A program made the position numbers and the translations under genes. This document shows, piece by piece, positions 37,059 to 46,682 of a stretch of DNA of 64,000 nucleotides. The notes below the pieces were generated by a model. That model did no database searches. It saw only the letters and a program-made list of their open reading frames with translations, and was not told the origin of the DNA. Source of the DNA: a virus; IMG/VR virus record IMGVR_UViG_3300020182_000007; one strand, written 5' to 3'. Position 1 is the stretch's first letter; each line of letters starts with the position of its first letter.

Positions 37059-38900
37059 TTATATATTCTTTAAAAATTGATTAAACGTTTGTAGTGTACT
37101 CTCATTAGTAGACATAGATGTTTCTAATTTTAATTTTAGTTCACTATACATTGAGTGTATTTGTTTAGGAGTTAATTTTTTAAATAGTTTTTCATCATCA
37201 TCTAATAATGCATTTCTAACTTGAGTTGCTGATATATTATCATTATTTCTTGGAATTTCAAAAAGGCCAAAATCAGTCCTAACTCCTAAATCTTCTCTGT
37301 ATTCTGGCTTATCTACCTGATATGAATATGTTTTAATTCTATCAGATCCTGTACCCCATAACACCGGCTCATATCCATCTGCTCTCATTGTATTAAACAT
37401 TAAATCTATAGCACCTCTGTCTATAACATATACCTTCTCTATTGGGTATTTCTTTTTAAGTTGCTTTAACATTTTAACTTGAGTATCTTCGTCATATGGT
37501 CTCTTAAAAGCATCTTCTTTTTTCTTATTCTTTGCCTTAACTAAAAAGATTACTACTGGATATCCATTTTGTTTATTAATTGTTTCAACAACTTTAGCAT
37601 GTCCCATCGTAAACGGCTGGAATCTGCCAACAAACATGTTTACTGGTTTTTTACCCTGTTCTGGATATTTTACAGTTAATGCCTCAGTAATTGGGCTTAC
37701 TTGATGCTTTAGATTTTCGTGGTTTAAGAATGTTTTAAAATTCATCATTGATAAATCTTCATTGTTTTGTAACATTACAACCGCTTCTATTTTTTTAACT
37801 ATCTCATTGATTTGCTGTAGTAGATCTGCGTTAATAATATCAGTTTCTTTAATTCTTTTCTTATTAAAAGAACTCAGTGCTATTTTGTAAAGCTCAGAAA
37901 GTATAGGGTTTGAAACTAGTTCTATTGTTTTTTCATTTTTAATAAACGCAGTGTTTAGTGAAAATTCTGGAGAATCTGCAAAACCCGCTGATTCAAATTT
38001 AACTCCAATGTATTTTGATGCGTTCTTATCTATATATGCATTAAATAATTGTGAAGTTAATTCAATGTACCTAAGGTCAGCTTTCTTTTCTACTAACTCT
38101 ATTTTTTCAATATCGAATGCTGAAAAGAATTCAACAATTTGTAGTAGTGCTATTTGGTACATGTCAGATGGCTTTCTATTCTCTCTTGGAGATTCAGCTT
38201 CACAAATTTTAAAATTCTTAACGCTTTTTCCATTAAAGAAATTAATTACTAAAGAATCTATAGTACTATCTAAATCGTCGTTAAGTGCTGTAGAATTTAA
38301 AGAAGAATTAAAAATACTGTACATTTTTCTAGAAAACGAAATGTCTTTAAAGTTTTCAGAATACTCAGACTCTGAAACTGACATTAGTTTAGTGAGTTCT
38401 TCTTTTTGAAGGTCGGTTAACTTACCTTGATGTAGAACCTGTGGCCTTTGTACTTCTAATATATCTGCCCATTTGTTTAGAATTTTTGGATCTCTAATTA
38501 CTTTTTTAATTAATGTTTCATCAACTGGGTTAAGAATCTGGATATGTGTTAACATTAAATTGTTCTTTGGTATTCTATCGTATTTAATGTTAACCGTTTT
38601 TGAATCAATCATATAGTCAAATCCAAATTTCCAATCTAATGGCATTTCTTTTTTACCAGCATCTTCTAGCGCATTAAAGTGAGAGATTGCATTCTCATAG
38701 TACCTCACGATTGTTCTATCAACAAGATTCATTGGATTCTTACCACCACTTTTGTAATGATTAAATCCACTGTTTGTTTTTTGTACATGAAAATTTGATG
38801 CTTGTAATTTTTCAGTTACAACGCATGAATGTTCTAGCATTTGCTGAAAATCATTTATGCTCGATTCACTAAAGTAAGTTCTTAAATTCTGTAATGCCAT
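37059..38900 (-). CDS. Degenerate ligase-fold domain fused to a HIGH-family nucleotidyltransferase (cytidyltransferase-like)
   Basis: N-terminal TEKLQAS (KxDG-like). C-terminal VGRFQPFTMGH and ISATQVR. Confidence 0.7.
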   Translation of the reverse strand: MALQNLRTYFSESSINDFQQMLEHSCVVTEKLQASNFHVQKTNSGFNHYKSGGKNPMNLVDRTIVRYYENAISHFNALEDAGKKEMPLDWKFGFDYMIDSKTVNIKYDRIPKNNLMLTHIQILNPVDETLIKKVIRDPKILNKWADILEVQRPQVLHQGKLTDLQKEELTKLMSVSESEYSENFKDISFSRKMYSIFNSSLNSTALNDDLDSTIDSLVINFFNGKSVKNFKICEAESPRENRKPSDMYQIALLQIVEFFSAFDIEKIELVEKKADLRYIELTSQLFNAYIDKNASKYIGVKFESAGFADSPEFSLNTAFIKNEKTIELVSNPILSELYKIALSSFNKKRIKETDIINADLLQQINEIVKKIEAVVMLQNNEDLSMMNFKTFLNHENLKHQVSPITEALTVKYPEQGKKPVNMFVGRFQPFTMGHAKVVETINKQNGYPVVIFLVKAKNKKKEDAFKRPYDEDTQVKMLKQLKKKYPIEKVYVIDRGAIDLMFNTMRADGYEPVLWGTGSDRIKTYSYQVDKPEYREDLGVRTDFGLFEIPRNNDNISATQVRNALLDDDEKLFKKLTPKQIHSMYSELKLKLETSMSTNESTLQTFNQFLKNI

Positions 38901-38914
38901 GTTATATTATTTAG

Positions 38915-40201
38915 TTACCGTCCGTATTTTATTATACCCATAAGCTGGTTTATAGCAGCAAATGTACCTGTTAGTTTAAATGTCTTACCATTATATACGA
39001 ACACAAGCCCTTCAGTTGGGATAATTGATTCTATTCCACCTATTCTATCTAGTCTTTTAAGTTCAGATTCAACCTTTTCTATTTGGTCAATACTTCCTCC
39101 TTTTTTAATAGCCTCGGCCTCAGTTCTAATTTGATTATGTAACCTTTGCATTTCAGCATCTGGGTTTGCAGCAACAAAGTTACTAGCATTCATTAAGATA
39201 ACACTACCTAGTTCTAAGAATAAATCTTCAAATGGTCTAATGTTTTCTTTTTGCTTCTTCTTAACGTTTTCTTTATCAAATTTCTTAATCAATGCAGATT
39301 GATCCTTTCCAAGTTCTTTATCAAGACTTCTTATATTAAGAGTTTTCTTGTCATCATATGCCCATCTTAATAATAAACCTTCTTTATAATCTTGTGTTAA
39401 ATCCGGAAAGTTCTTATCAATAGTTTCTCTCCACCACATTTCATGGTATCTTGAAACCTCGTCAGCATCTGTTAAATTATAACGAGTTCTTAGGTCTTCA
39501 ACTTTCTTAATGAATTTTGCTTTATTAGCCTCAAAATCAATGTCCTTACCAAGTTTAATGATTTGTGGGGGAATTATTGAAAATGTTTTACCCATATCAA
39601 GCTTAAGGTCTTTAAGAGCCTTTGCAATTGATGCAGCGTATTTTGTTTCCTCTCCTATTTCATTACCTTCACCATCAGTATGTTTAATACCGTGAAACTG
39701 AATAATATCCCTGTCGTAATAGATTACATTTGGGTTCTTCGAGTAGATTAGCTCCATATTCATAAAACTCTTACCATTATTAAAAACCTCTAAGTCTTTT
39801 GCTGGTAGCTTATTTAATGAATTTGCTAAATCTTCTGCTGCGAATTGAAAAGTATCTCTTACTAATGTACTTCCATGGTCTTTAAATTTATCTTTGAATT
39901 GTTGGAGAGTCATTGGATTCCTCATATCATTAATACCTCTGGCAAATTTAACCTCTCCATCCATTACGGTTGCAAATAAGTTTTGTCCGTCTGTTTTTTC
40001 AGTAGCCTCTTCTTCAAAGTTAAGTTCGCCTCTTAAGCCAAACTCAACGATCTTTTTAAAGTCACCAAACGTTAAACTCTTTTCATCAAATGGATGTGAC
40101 ATATGTCCTGCTGCTCCACCTTCTAAGATTAGTTTAGATTCATAAATATTTCCGTTAGATCTCTCTACTAAGAATTCTCCGTATGATAATAATTTGTTCA
40201 T
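38915..40201 (-). CDS. RNA/DNA ligase-fold nucleotidyltransferase
   Basis: GHMSHPFD, motif I TEKTDG, NMEL, EGLVF, FKLTG. TATAAATA at 40215-40222 upstream. Confidence 0.65.
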   Translation of the reverse strand: MNKLLSYGEFLVERSNGNIYESKLILEGGAAGHMSHPFDEKSLTFGDFKKIVEFGLRGELNFEEEATEKTDGQNLFATVMDGEVKFARGINDMRNPMTLQQFKDKFKDHGSTLVRDTFQFAAEDLANSLNKLPAKDLEVFNNGKSFMNMELIYSKNPNVIYYDRDIIQFHGIKHTDGEGNEIGEETKYAASIAKALKDLKLDMGKTFSIIPPQIIKLGKDIDFEANKAKFIKKVEDLRTRYNLTDADEVSRYHEMWWRETIDKNFPDLTQDYKEGLLLRWAYDDKKTLNIRSLDKELGKDQSALIKKFDKENVKKKQKENIRPFEDLFLELGSVILMNASNFVAANPDAEMQRLHNQIRTEAEAIKKGGSIDQIEKVESELKRLDRIGGIESIIPTEGLVFVYNGKTFKLTGTFAAINQLMGIIKYGR

Positions 40202-40228
40202 TTTATTTAGTTTTTATTTATAGTATGA

Positions 40229-42205
40229 TTATCCTAATGAACTTGTTAGCATTCCAACAGCAGCTCCATAGTCTCCATCAACTTTACCTAAAATACCATC
40301 AATAACTTCATTTGCCTTTGCTTCGTCAAAATCTTTTCCAAATGCCTTTTGTAAAACATTAGTCGCATATTCTTTAAAGTCTTCATCAGAAGTAACTTCT
40401 GCTTCATTAACAATTGATTCTTCAACCTTTACTCCAAATCCATATTTAATAACTTCACCGGATTCAAATCTTATCTCTTGAACTCCTCCATTGTTTGTGA
40501 TTGATATTACAGTGCCATATTCTGGGTAAGTTTCTCCGACGATCCATTCGCTAGATAACATTGTACTTTCAGTTACCTTATAAGTTTTTCCGTCAAAATC
40601 AAATTCTTTATCTCCAGCTTCTTTAGCTTTTCTAACTGCATCTCCGAAAGCGTTACCTTCTTCAATTTCAGCTTCAGTAACTATTGATTCATTGTATAAA
40701 TGAACATAGTTGCTTCCTTTTTCAGAATAAACTGATTTAATTTCAAATTCTTTTTGTGCTTTAGTATAATATGCTTTAAAGAATAAGTTACCGTCTAATT
40801 CTCCAAAGAAATGATCTGATTTACCGATAAAGAATTCAGCGTTTGGATAAAGCTCTAAAACTTCTTCTTTTGTTTTAGCCTTTAAAACATCTCTGTTAAA
40901 GTCTTTTACAAATTTAGCTTCAGTAACTACTGATTCTTGAACGTTGTTTTCCCACCAGTCTTGGAGTTTTTCAAATTCTGAATCACCCATGTTTGAAATC
41001 ATAAAATCTATAATATCTTCATAGTTATCTTTTTCATCTTGATAGAATCCAGGAGTATCGATATAATCTTTACCCATGATTTTCTTGATTTGAGCCTCTC
41101 CCATGCCATCAATTTCTTCTAAGAAGTCTTCAAAATCTTTGGTGTTTTTAAAACCTTTACCTTCAGTAACTACTGATTCTTTAATTCCTAATTCTTTTAA
41201 GTTTTTAACGTATTTTCCAGCCTCTTCTTCGTTATCATCAGCAGCATGCGCCAATAAACCAGCTGCGATTAATCTTTTGTAGATTTCTCCTTTAACTAAT
41301 TCAAAGTCTATTGAATCACTTGTATTTTCCCAAGTATCTGCTACAAATTCTGGATCAATCCAACCATAACCTCTTTTAATATCTTTAATCATGTCATTAA
41401 GGTCCATCTCGAATCTTTTTACAGCGCCTTCGACAATCTTTTTAGATTCATTTAGTTTAGAACTAATATCTACTCTTACATCTTCTCCTTCAAACTGTGC
41501 CTGAAATAGATTTACTAAATCTTCTGCTATTTTAGGCTCTCCAATAGACTCTAAATAAAGAGCAGTACCTTCGACTATTCCAATTCCAGACCAGCCTGCT
41601 GCGTTCGATATTCTACCAGCAACTTGCGAGATAGCGAATGTTATTTTAGATCCTGGAATTTTAATTTCCATGCCTTTGAGTTCAGCAAGCTTTACAACTA
41701 CCTTTCCAATATTACCCTTAATCTTTTTCATAGTAGGGTACGCTTCTCTAGAAAAGTTAGCGTCTTCCATTGCATCAAAGTATATTTGCTTCAATACTCC
41801 TAAAGCGTGTAACTTTGAGTTTTTATTAGAGAACGCAGAATATTCATTAAATATTTTAACATATTGGTTAAACACTTTTTTAGCGTCTCTTTTACCAGTA
41901 ATAATAACAGCTTCATTAGCCATATAATCTTCGAATTCTGGTGCAATTTCTATGGATTCTAAAATGTTAGCTCCATTAAATGAGTATACTCCTGATTCGT
42001 TAACTTTAATTCCTTGAATTCTGTTAAAAAATTCTTCTCTGTTTTCTTCTTCAAGTTCAGAAACTTTAGTTACTCCGTACTCTTTTAAAAGATCTCTAAA
42101 AGATCTTGCAGATTCTTCTCTTACTACTGTGTTATTAGATTCTAATTCAGCTGCGATTTTAGTCGAGTTAGTTTTTGCAAATTGTTCAAATGATTGTAAT
42201 GCCAT
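40229..42205 (-). CDS. Putative internal head polyprotein with ES(V/I)V(T/N)E junctions
   Basis: MALQSFEQF start, four such junctions, late promoter at 42242-42249. Confidence 0.65.
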   Translation of the reverse strand: MALQSFEQFAKTNSTKIAAELESNNTVVREESARSFRDLLKEYGVTKVSELEEENREEFFNRIQGIKVNESGVYSFNGANILESIEIAPEFEDYMANEAVIITGKRDAKKVFNQYVKIFNEYSAFSNKNSKLHALGVLKQIYFDAMEDANFSREAYPTMKKIKGNIGKVVVKLAELKGMEIKIPGSKITFAISQVAGRISNAAGWSGIGIVEGTALYLESIGEPKIAEDLVNLFQAQFEGEDVRVDISSKLNESKKIVEGAVKRFEMDLNDMIKDIKRGYGWIDPEFVADTWENTSDSIDFELVKGEIYKRLIAAGLLAHAADDNEEEAGKYVKNLKELGIKESVVTEGKGFKNTKDFEDFLEEIDGMGEAQIKKIMGKDYIDTPGFYQDEKDNYEDIIDFMISNMGDSEFEKLQDWWENNVQESVVTEAKFVKDFNRDVLKAKTKEEVLELYPNAEFFIGKSDHFFGELDGNLFFKAYYTKAQKEFEIKSVYSEKGSNYVHLYNESIVTEAEIEEGNAFGDAVRKAKEAGDKEFDFDGKTYKVTESTMLSSEWIVGETYPEYGTVISITNNGGVQEIRFESGEVIKYGFGVKVEESIVNEAEVTSDEDFKEYATNVLQKAFGKDFDEAKANEVIDGILGKVDGDYGAAVGMLTSSLG

Positions 42206-42240
42206 TACCTTATTATTTTATTTTTATAGTATTTTACTCT

Positions 42241-43749
42241 TTATATATCTCCTTCAAATTTGACCTTTTTAACATCAAACTTAAACTTTTGTTCATTGTA
42301 TATTTTTTGTCTAGCCTTCGAGTGTCTAATTAGATAATTATCCCAATCTGGACTTGATATATCGTCTACAAAATCTACGATAGTAACACTGTCTTTTGAT
42401 GCATGTTGCCTAAGACCACGTCCAATTGATTGTCTAATAATAACTTCTGATTTAAACGATTCTGTGAAAAATATATTATGCATTTTATTAATTGAAATAC
42501 CGGTAGAAAAAGTTCCATAAGACGCTACGATAACTACTTCGTCTCCTAGCTCCATTTTCTTTTTATATTCTTCTCTAATATCCTTGTCAGTACCTCCATC
42601 AACATAGTATATGATCTTATCACCATCTTGTCTAAGTTTATCATATATTTTTTTACCATGTTCAATTCTGTGAAAAAGCACTAGGCTATTGCCACGTACT
42701 CTAGAAATAATATTACAAATAAAATTAAGACGTCCGGTTGAATTAATAATATAATTTTGCTCGAATTTAAATACGTCTTTGCTTTCATATTTATTGAAAG
42801 CCATTTCTTTAAAAGCATCTTTTGCTCCTTGTGTCGCATAATCCATTTCAATTACTTTTACTCTACATCCAGCGATATACCCTTCATTTTGTAAAAAGTT
42901 TGCACTTACCTCAGTTATTAATGGCCCAGTATACGACATTAATGTTAATCTATCTAGCGTTCCTGTTTTAGGTATAGTACCAGATAGACCATATCTATAT
43001 TCTGCGTTTTTGCATTTAGATAGAATAGTTTTAATTGACTGTGATTTTGCCTTATGCGTTTCATCAATTATAACAGCTTCAAATTGGTCAAAGTATTCAG
43101 TTGGTTTTTTAATTAGCGATTGATATGTTCCTATCACTACATTCCTACCTGCTCTAATTTTTTGTCCAGAATAAATTTGTTGTATTTTAATATTGACTTG
43201 ATTTTTGTAGTTGTAATCAGTAAAGTCCTCGCTTGCTTGAATTACAAGAGAAACATTAGGTACTATAAATAAAACCTTTTCTGCTTTTTGTTTTTCTAAT
43301 ATATATGCAACTGTTAAAAATGAAATTAAAGTCTTACCAGCAGATGTTGCTAATTCTGATAAACACTTTCTAAATTTTAATATATTAAACGCAGCGTCAA
43401 TTTGATAGTCTCTTGGTTTAATTTCTGAATCATTAAAGAAGTCTGATGACCATTTTTGAAATGATTCTTGATTAATTTCACGATCAAATAATTGAGTGAT
43501 TCCATGGATCTTAAGATCTATTTTGTACTCTTTACATACGTCCATTACCTCTTTCCATAAGCCGGCAGGAATCCACTTGTCGTCTTTTACATATGAAATA
43601 TACCCGTCCCAAACACCTCTTTTGACAAGTGGATTAAATCTCCACGAGTCAATTCTCTTTGTTAAAGATATATTTAATTGCTCGAGTTCTAGCGCAGTAG
43701 CACTATCTATTCTCAACAATTGTTTATTCTCTGTTAAACTGAGCTCCAT
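42241..43749 (-). CDS. uvsW: UvsW SF2 helicase
   Basis: PRDYQ, ATSAGKT, IIDETH, GLSGT, QSIGRGLR. Confidence 0.93.
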   Translation of the reverse strand: MELSLTENKQLLRIDSATALELEQLNISLTKRIDSWRFNPLVKRGVWDGYISYVKDDKWIPAGLWKEVMDVCKEYKIDLKIHGITQLFDREINQESFQKWSSDFFNDSEIKPRDYQIDAAFNILKFRKCLSELATSAGKTLISFLTVAYILEKQKAEKVLFIVPNVSLVIQASEDFTDYNYKNQVNIKIQQIYSGQKIRAGRNVVIGTYQSLIKKPTEYFDQFEAVIIDETHKAKSQSIKTILSKCKNAEYRYGLSGTIPKTGTLDRLTLMSYTGPLITEVSANFLQNEGYIAGCRVKVIEMDYATQGAKDAFKEMAFNKYESKDVFKFEQNYIINSTGRLNFICNIISRVRGNSLVLFHRIEHGKKIYDKLRQDGDKIIYYVDGGTDKDIREEYKKKMELGDEVVIVASYGTFSTGISINKMHNIFFTESFKSEVIIRQSIGRGLRQHASKDSVTIVDFVDDISSPDWDNYLIRHSKARQKIYNEQKFKFDVKKVKFEGDI

Positions 43750-43775
43750 TCATGGCGCAGTTTTTTTATTTACGT

Positions 43776-44201
43776 CTACAGGTCTTTTATTACTAACCTG
43801 TTTCGGATGGCAAATCCCATATTATCTAGGGTTTTTACCGATTCTTTAAAGAATTCTAATTGGTTCTCTAAATGAGAAAGAATGATTCCGTCATCCGCCA
43901 AATCGGCTTGTATGAACTGTTCTTTCTGTCTTTCTCCTAATTTATAATCAAAGTTATAGTATTCTAGATACTTTTCACGATATCTATCAGCTAGTTTTCT
44001 TTTCTGTTCTTTTATCTTGACATTAATATATGCGATATGCTCTATTAAAATCTGACGATTTGAAAGTTGCATTGCTATAGTGTCTTCAATTCCGTTGATA
44101 TATCGTAAAGATTTGGCAAGGTCTCCTATTTTACCAGTCCAAACCGATCGTTGCTCACTTAGTTTTTTATCTAGTGCTAAAATTTTATCGCTGTTTGACA
44201 T
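43776..44201 (-). CDS. uvsY: Recombination mediator UvsY-like
   Basis: Coiled coil ending FF...K.LDNMGFAIRN, adjacent to uvsW. Confidence 0.7.
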   Translation of the reverse strand: MSNSDKILALDKKLSEQRSVWTGKIGDLAKSLRYINGIEDTIAMQLSNRQILIEHIAYINVKIKEQKRKLADRYREKYLEYYNFDYKLGERQKEQFIQADLADDGIILSHLENQLEFFKESVKTLDNMGFAIRNRLVIKDL

Positions 44202-44211
44202 TAATTGTATT

Positions 44212-44430
44212 TTAAAATAGTGAACTTCCTTTTTTACCCTTTACAAAGGTACTTGTCTTTAATTTCTTTTTAAACTTAGCCTTTCCTACTTCAAGTTCAG
44301 GAGCCTCTAAGTTATAATCATTAGCCTCAAAGCCTACCAGCAGCTTTAGTCCTTTAAACCTATCTCTGTCTTTGTAAAAGTCGTCTAAATCTTTTTCCAC
44401 GGTTGCTGTTATATCTTCTAAATGTACCAT
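44212..44430 (-). CDS. Hypothetical protein
   Basis: 72 aa ORF in the operon. Confidence 0.6.
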   Translation of the reverse strand: MVHLEDITATVEKDLDDFYKDRDRFKGLKLLVGFEANDYNLEAPELEVGKAKFKKKLKTSTFVKGKKGSSLF

Positions 44431-45494
44431 AGATCTAATTTGCTTGTAGTAAAATATTGGTCCATTTTGGCAAGAGCTGGATTTTTAAGCTCAAAACATT
44501 TGACTACTAACTCATTTAAATCTTTGATATGATATGTATCTAATTTATTTTCTTTTAAAAATTTAGACCACATAAATACAGGACGACCTTTCTTAAGTTT
44601 TTGTATCATTTTGTTTATTCCAGTATCATCATTATCAAACAAGTACCGTACCGTTGCCATCTCATCAAACTCTTCAGTGTTTCTTCCAGCAGTTGCGAGA
44701 GCAACCGAGTTAACCATAAACTTGGCATCAATAGGGCCTTCAAATAGGGTAACATTTCTTTGAAAGTTTACTTGCATTATACCAAATAGCGTTGATATCT
44801 TAGTTATTTTTTCTAGATCTTCTTGTGAAAGTTCTAATTTTTTACCAAGTTCTTCGTATAGTTTAGGTAAATCATATGTTAGGTATCTTGCTCCTTTTCC
44901 TTTCATACGACGACTTTGCGCAGATATAATCTTACCATCGTTTGTAAAGTTTAGAATCCAAAGTCTATTGTCTCTTGGGCTAAATAAGAATTCATCACTC
45001 TTTTTATGTAGTAATCTTCCTTTTAAATATAGCCAAATCCAATCTCCAGGTTCTATTTTATGAGCGCCAAATCCTTTTTTAAATTCATCAACTTCAATTG
45101 CTAAATCGCTCACGCTTTGAAATACGGAGTGTTTTAGTGTATCAGCCTGTGTTGTAACTGATCTATTGTGTTTTATATAATCAATTATTGTAAATGAATC
45201 TTCTGAACTGGGAAGTCTAACCTCGTGATCTTTGAGAAGGTTTCTAATGTCTGTGTGATGTCCGCAATTATAACAGTGGTATTGTAGAGTGTCCCAATAC
45301 ATGTTACCCCTCTTTTTTGTTTCATCGGTATAAGAATCACCACAGTAGGGGCATGCCATAGTAATCCTACCATGCATGTCTTGTAGCATCTGCTTATTAT
45401 GATTAGAATGCGCTGAAAGACATACATCCTTCAGCGCTTTCATAATCTTAAGTCTTAACTCTTCTGTTAATTGTATCTTAGATGTCGAGGTCAT
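44418..45494 (-). CDS. gp61: DNA primase (gp61-like)
   Basis: Zinc finger CPYCGDS...CYNCG, TOPRIM EGPID and FDND..G, KDLNE. Confidence 0.9.
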   Translation of the reverse strand: MTSTSKIQLTEELRLKIMKALKDVCLSAHSNHNKQMLQDMHGRITMACPYCGDSYTDETKKRGNMYWDTLQYHCYNCGHHTDIRNLLKDHEVRLPSSEDSFTIIDYIKHNRSVTTQADTLKHSVFQSVSDLAIEVDEFKKGFGAHKIEPGDWIWLYLKGRLLHKKSDEFLFSPRDNRLWILNFTNDGKIISAQSRRMKGKGARYLTYDLPKLYEELGKKLELSQEDLEKITKISTLFGIMQVNFQRNVTLFEGPIDAKFMVNSVALATAGRNTEEFDEMATVRYLFDNDDTGINKMIQKLKKGRPVFMWSKFLKENKLDTYHIKDLNELVVKCFELKNPALAKMDQYFTTSKLDLWYI

Positions 45495-46389
45495 TCAAGA
45501 AAGAGTCTAGATCATCATCCGTGTTTACACTAGGCGTTGATTCATTGGTTCCAGCTGCTTCTGCAACTTTTTCCTTTTTAGGTTCTGCTTTCTTTTCTGT
45601 ATTTGTTCTTGAAGGCATAGCTACCTCAGAGATTGCATCTCCTGGGTTTAAATACATCTTCAATATGTTATTTACAAACTCTCTAGTTTCTCCATCCCAT
45701 GCCTTATAATCATAAGATGCTAGAGAAGGTGCTTCATCTAATTCGGCCTTTATAGCAACCATGGTTTCTTTGCTTCTTTCTGCAGGTTCTCCATCTAATA
45801 CGATAGCTGAACGAGAAGAAGAGAATTTAGATTTATCATAGTTATTATAGTCTCCTTGTCGAGTAATAATTAACTCGAAGTTTTTACCTTCAAAAAGGTC
45901 AAACACTTGAGTTGGCTCACCAAAATCTGGTTTTAACTCAGCATCAATCTTTTCTTTAATTTTGTAACCGAATTTAAATACTTTATAAGTACCATCTAGA
46001 TCTGGGTTTTGTGGATCTTTGATAATCTTAATTAATGCATAATACTGTTGGCGACGCTTTAGTTTTTCAGAAGCCTTTCTATCAACTGCTGAATCACTAT
46101 TACGAAGTTTCCAAAATACATCTGCAATAGGGCATTTTTCACCGATTGAAGATGGTGAATCTACCAATTTACCGTTACCGTTCGAATCTGTTAACCAGTG
46201 AACGTATTTTTGAATAAGAGAATTTCTTGGATTCTCAGAATTTGGAACGAAGCGTATTAATGCTTTATAAGTTCCGTCTTTTCCATCATCTGCTGTTGGT
46301 TTGTAAACTACTGTTGCTGATGAGTTTGCTTGGGGCTGATGCGTCTCTACGTCTTCTACTCCCAGGTTAAAAATGTCAAAATCTGCCAT
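45478..46389 (-). CDS. gp32: Single-stranded DNA binding protein (gp32-like)
   Basis: IRFVP, K.CPI, KVFKFG.KI..KI, G.NF.L motifs and an acidic tail DDDLDSFLNDL. Confidence 0.9.
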   Translation of the reverse strand: MADFDIFNLGVEDVETHQPQANSSATVVYKPTADDGKDGTYKALIRFVPNSENPRNSLIQKYVHWLTDSNGNGKLVDSPSSIGEKCPIADVFWKLRNSDSAVDRKASEKLKRRQQYYALIKIIKDPQNPDLDGTYKVFKFGYKIKEKIDAELKPDFGEPTQVFDLFEGKNFELIITRQGDYNNYDKSKFSSSRSAIVLDGEPAERSKETMVAIKAELDEAPSLASYDYKAWDGETREFVNNILKMYLNPGDAISEVAMPSRTNTEKKAEPKKEKVAEAAGTNESTPSVNTDDDLDSFLNDLDI

Positions 46390-46437
46390 GTCTTTAATTT
46401 CCTTTAATTTGTTAAACTTTAAATGTTAATTGTTATT

Positions 46438-46465
46438 ATTATATAAGTATAAATGGTTTTGTTTC
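46438..46465 (-). promoter_or_regulatory. GAAACA-N16-TATAAT promoter, proximal to gp32
   Basis: Recurrent motif. Confidence 0.7.
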
Positions 46466-46489
46466 AAAAGTTAGTCCTACTGTAAAGAT

Positions 46490-46558
46490 CTCTATTAGTG
46501 TTAATGCCTACGCGGCTTGCGATGCCATATCAATGGCCTTTTTTGTTATTAAATAGAG
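46490..46558 (-). ncRNA. Structured element (three-way junction) in the long gp32 leader
   Basis: Outer stem CTCTATT/AATAGAG enclosing GCCAT/ATGGC and GCC/GGC hairpins. Confidence 0.45.
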
Positions 46559-46593
46559 TCCGTAGATTAAAGAATATCTTCAAAACCATACAT

Positions 46594-46621
46594 ATTATAT
46601 ATCTACTTATTAGTATGTTTC
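46594..46621 (-). promoter_or_regulatory. Overlapping early-type (GAAACA-N16-TATAAT) and late (GATATATA) promoters, distal to gp32
   Basis: Both motifs present and overlapping. Confidence 0.6.
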
Positions 46622-46653
46622 ACTAATATTTTACATATTTTTTTATTCATTTT

Positions 46654-46682
46654 GAAACAAAAGGAGAAACGATGCATATAAC
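46654..46682 (+). promoter_or_regulatory. Plus-strand GAAACA-N17-TATAAC promoter facing a non-coding stretch
   Basis: Same motif class in the opposite orientation. Confidence 0.55.

Noticed and set aside
46457-46662. 13-bp inverted repeat TTTTGAAACAAAA as mobile-element ends
   Set aside because: Both copies are the upstream boxes of oppositely oriented promoters. No transposase or target duplication.
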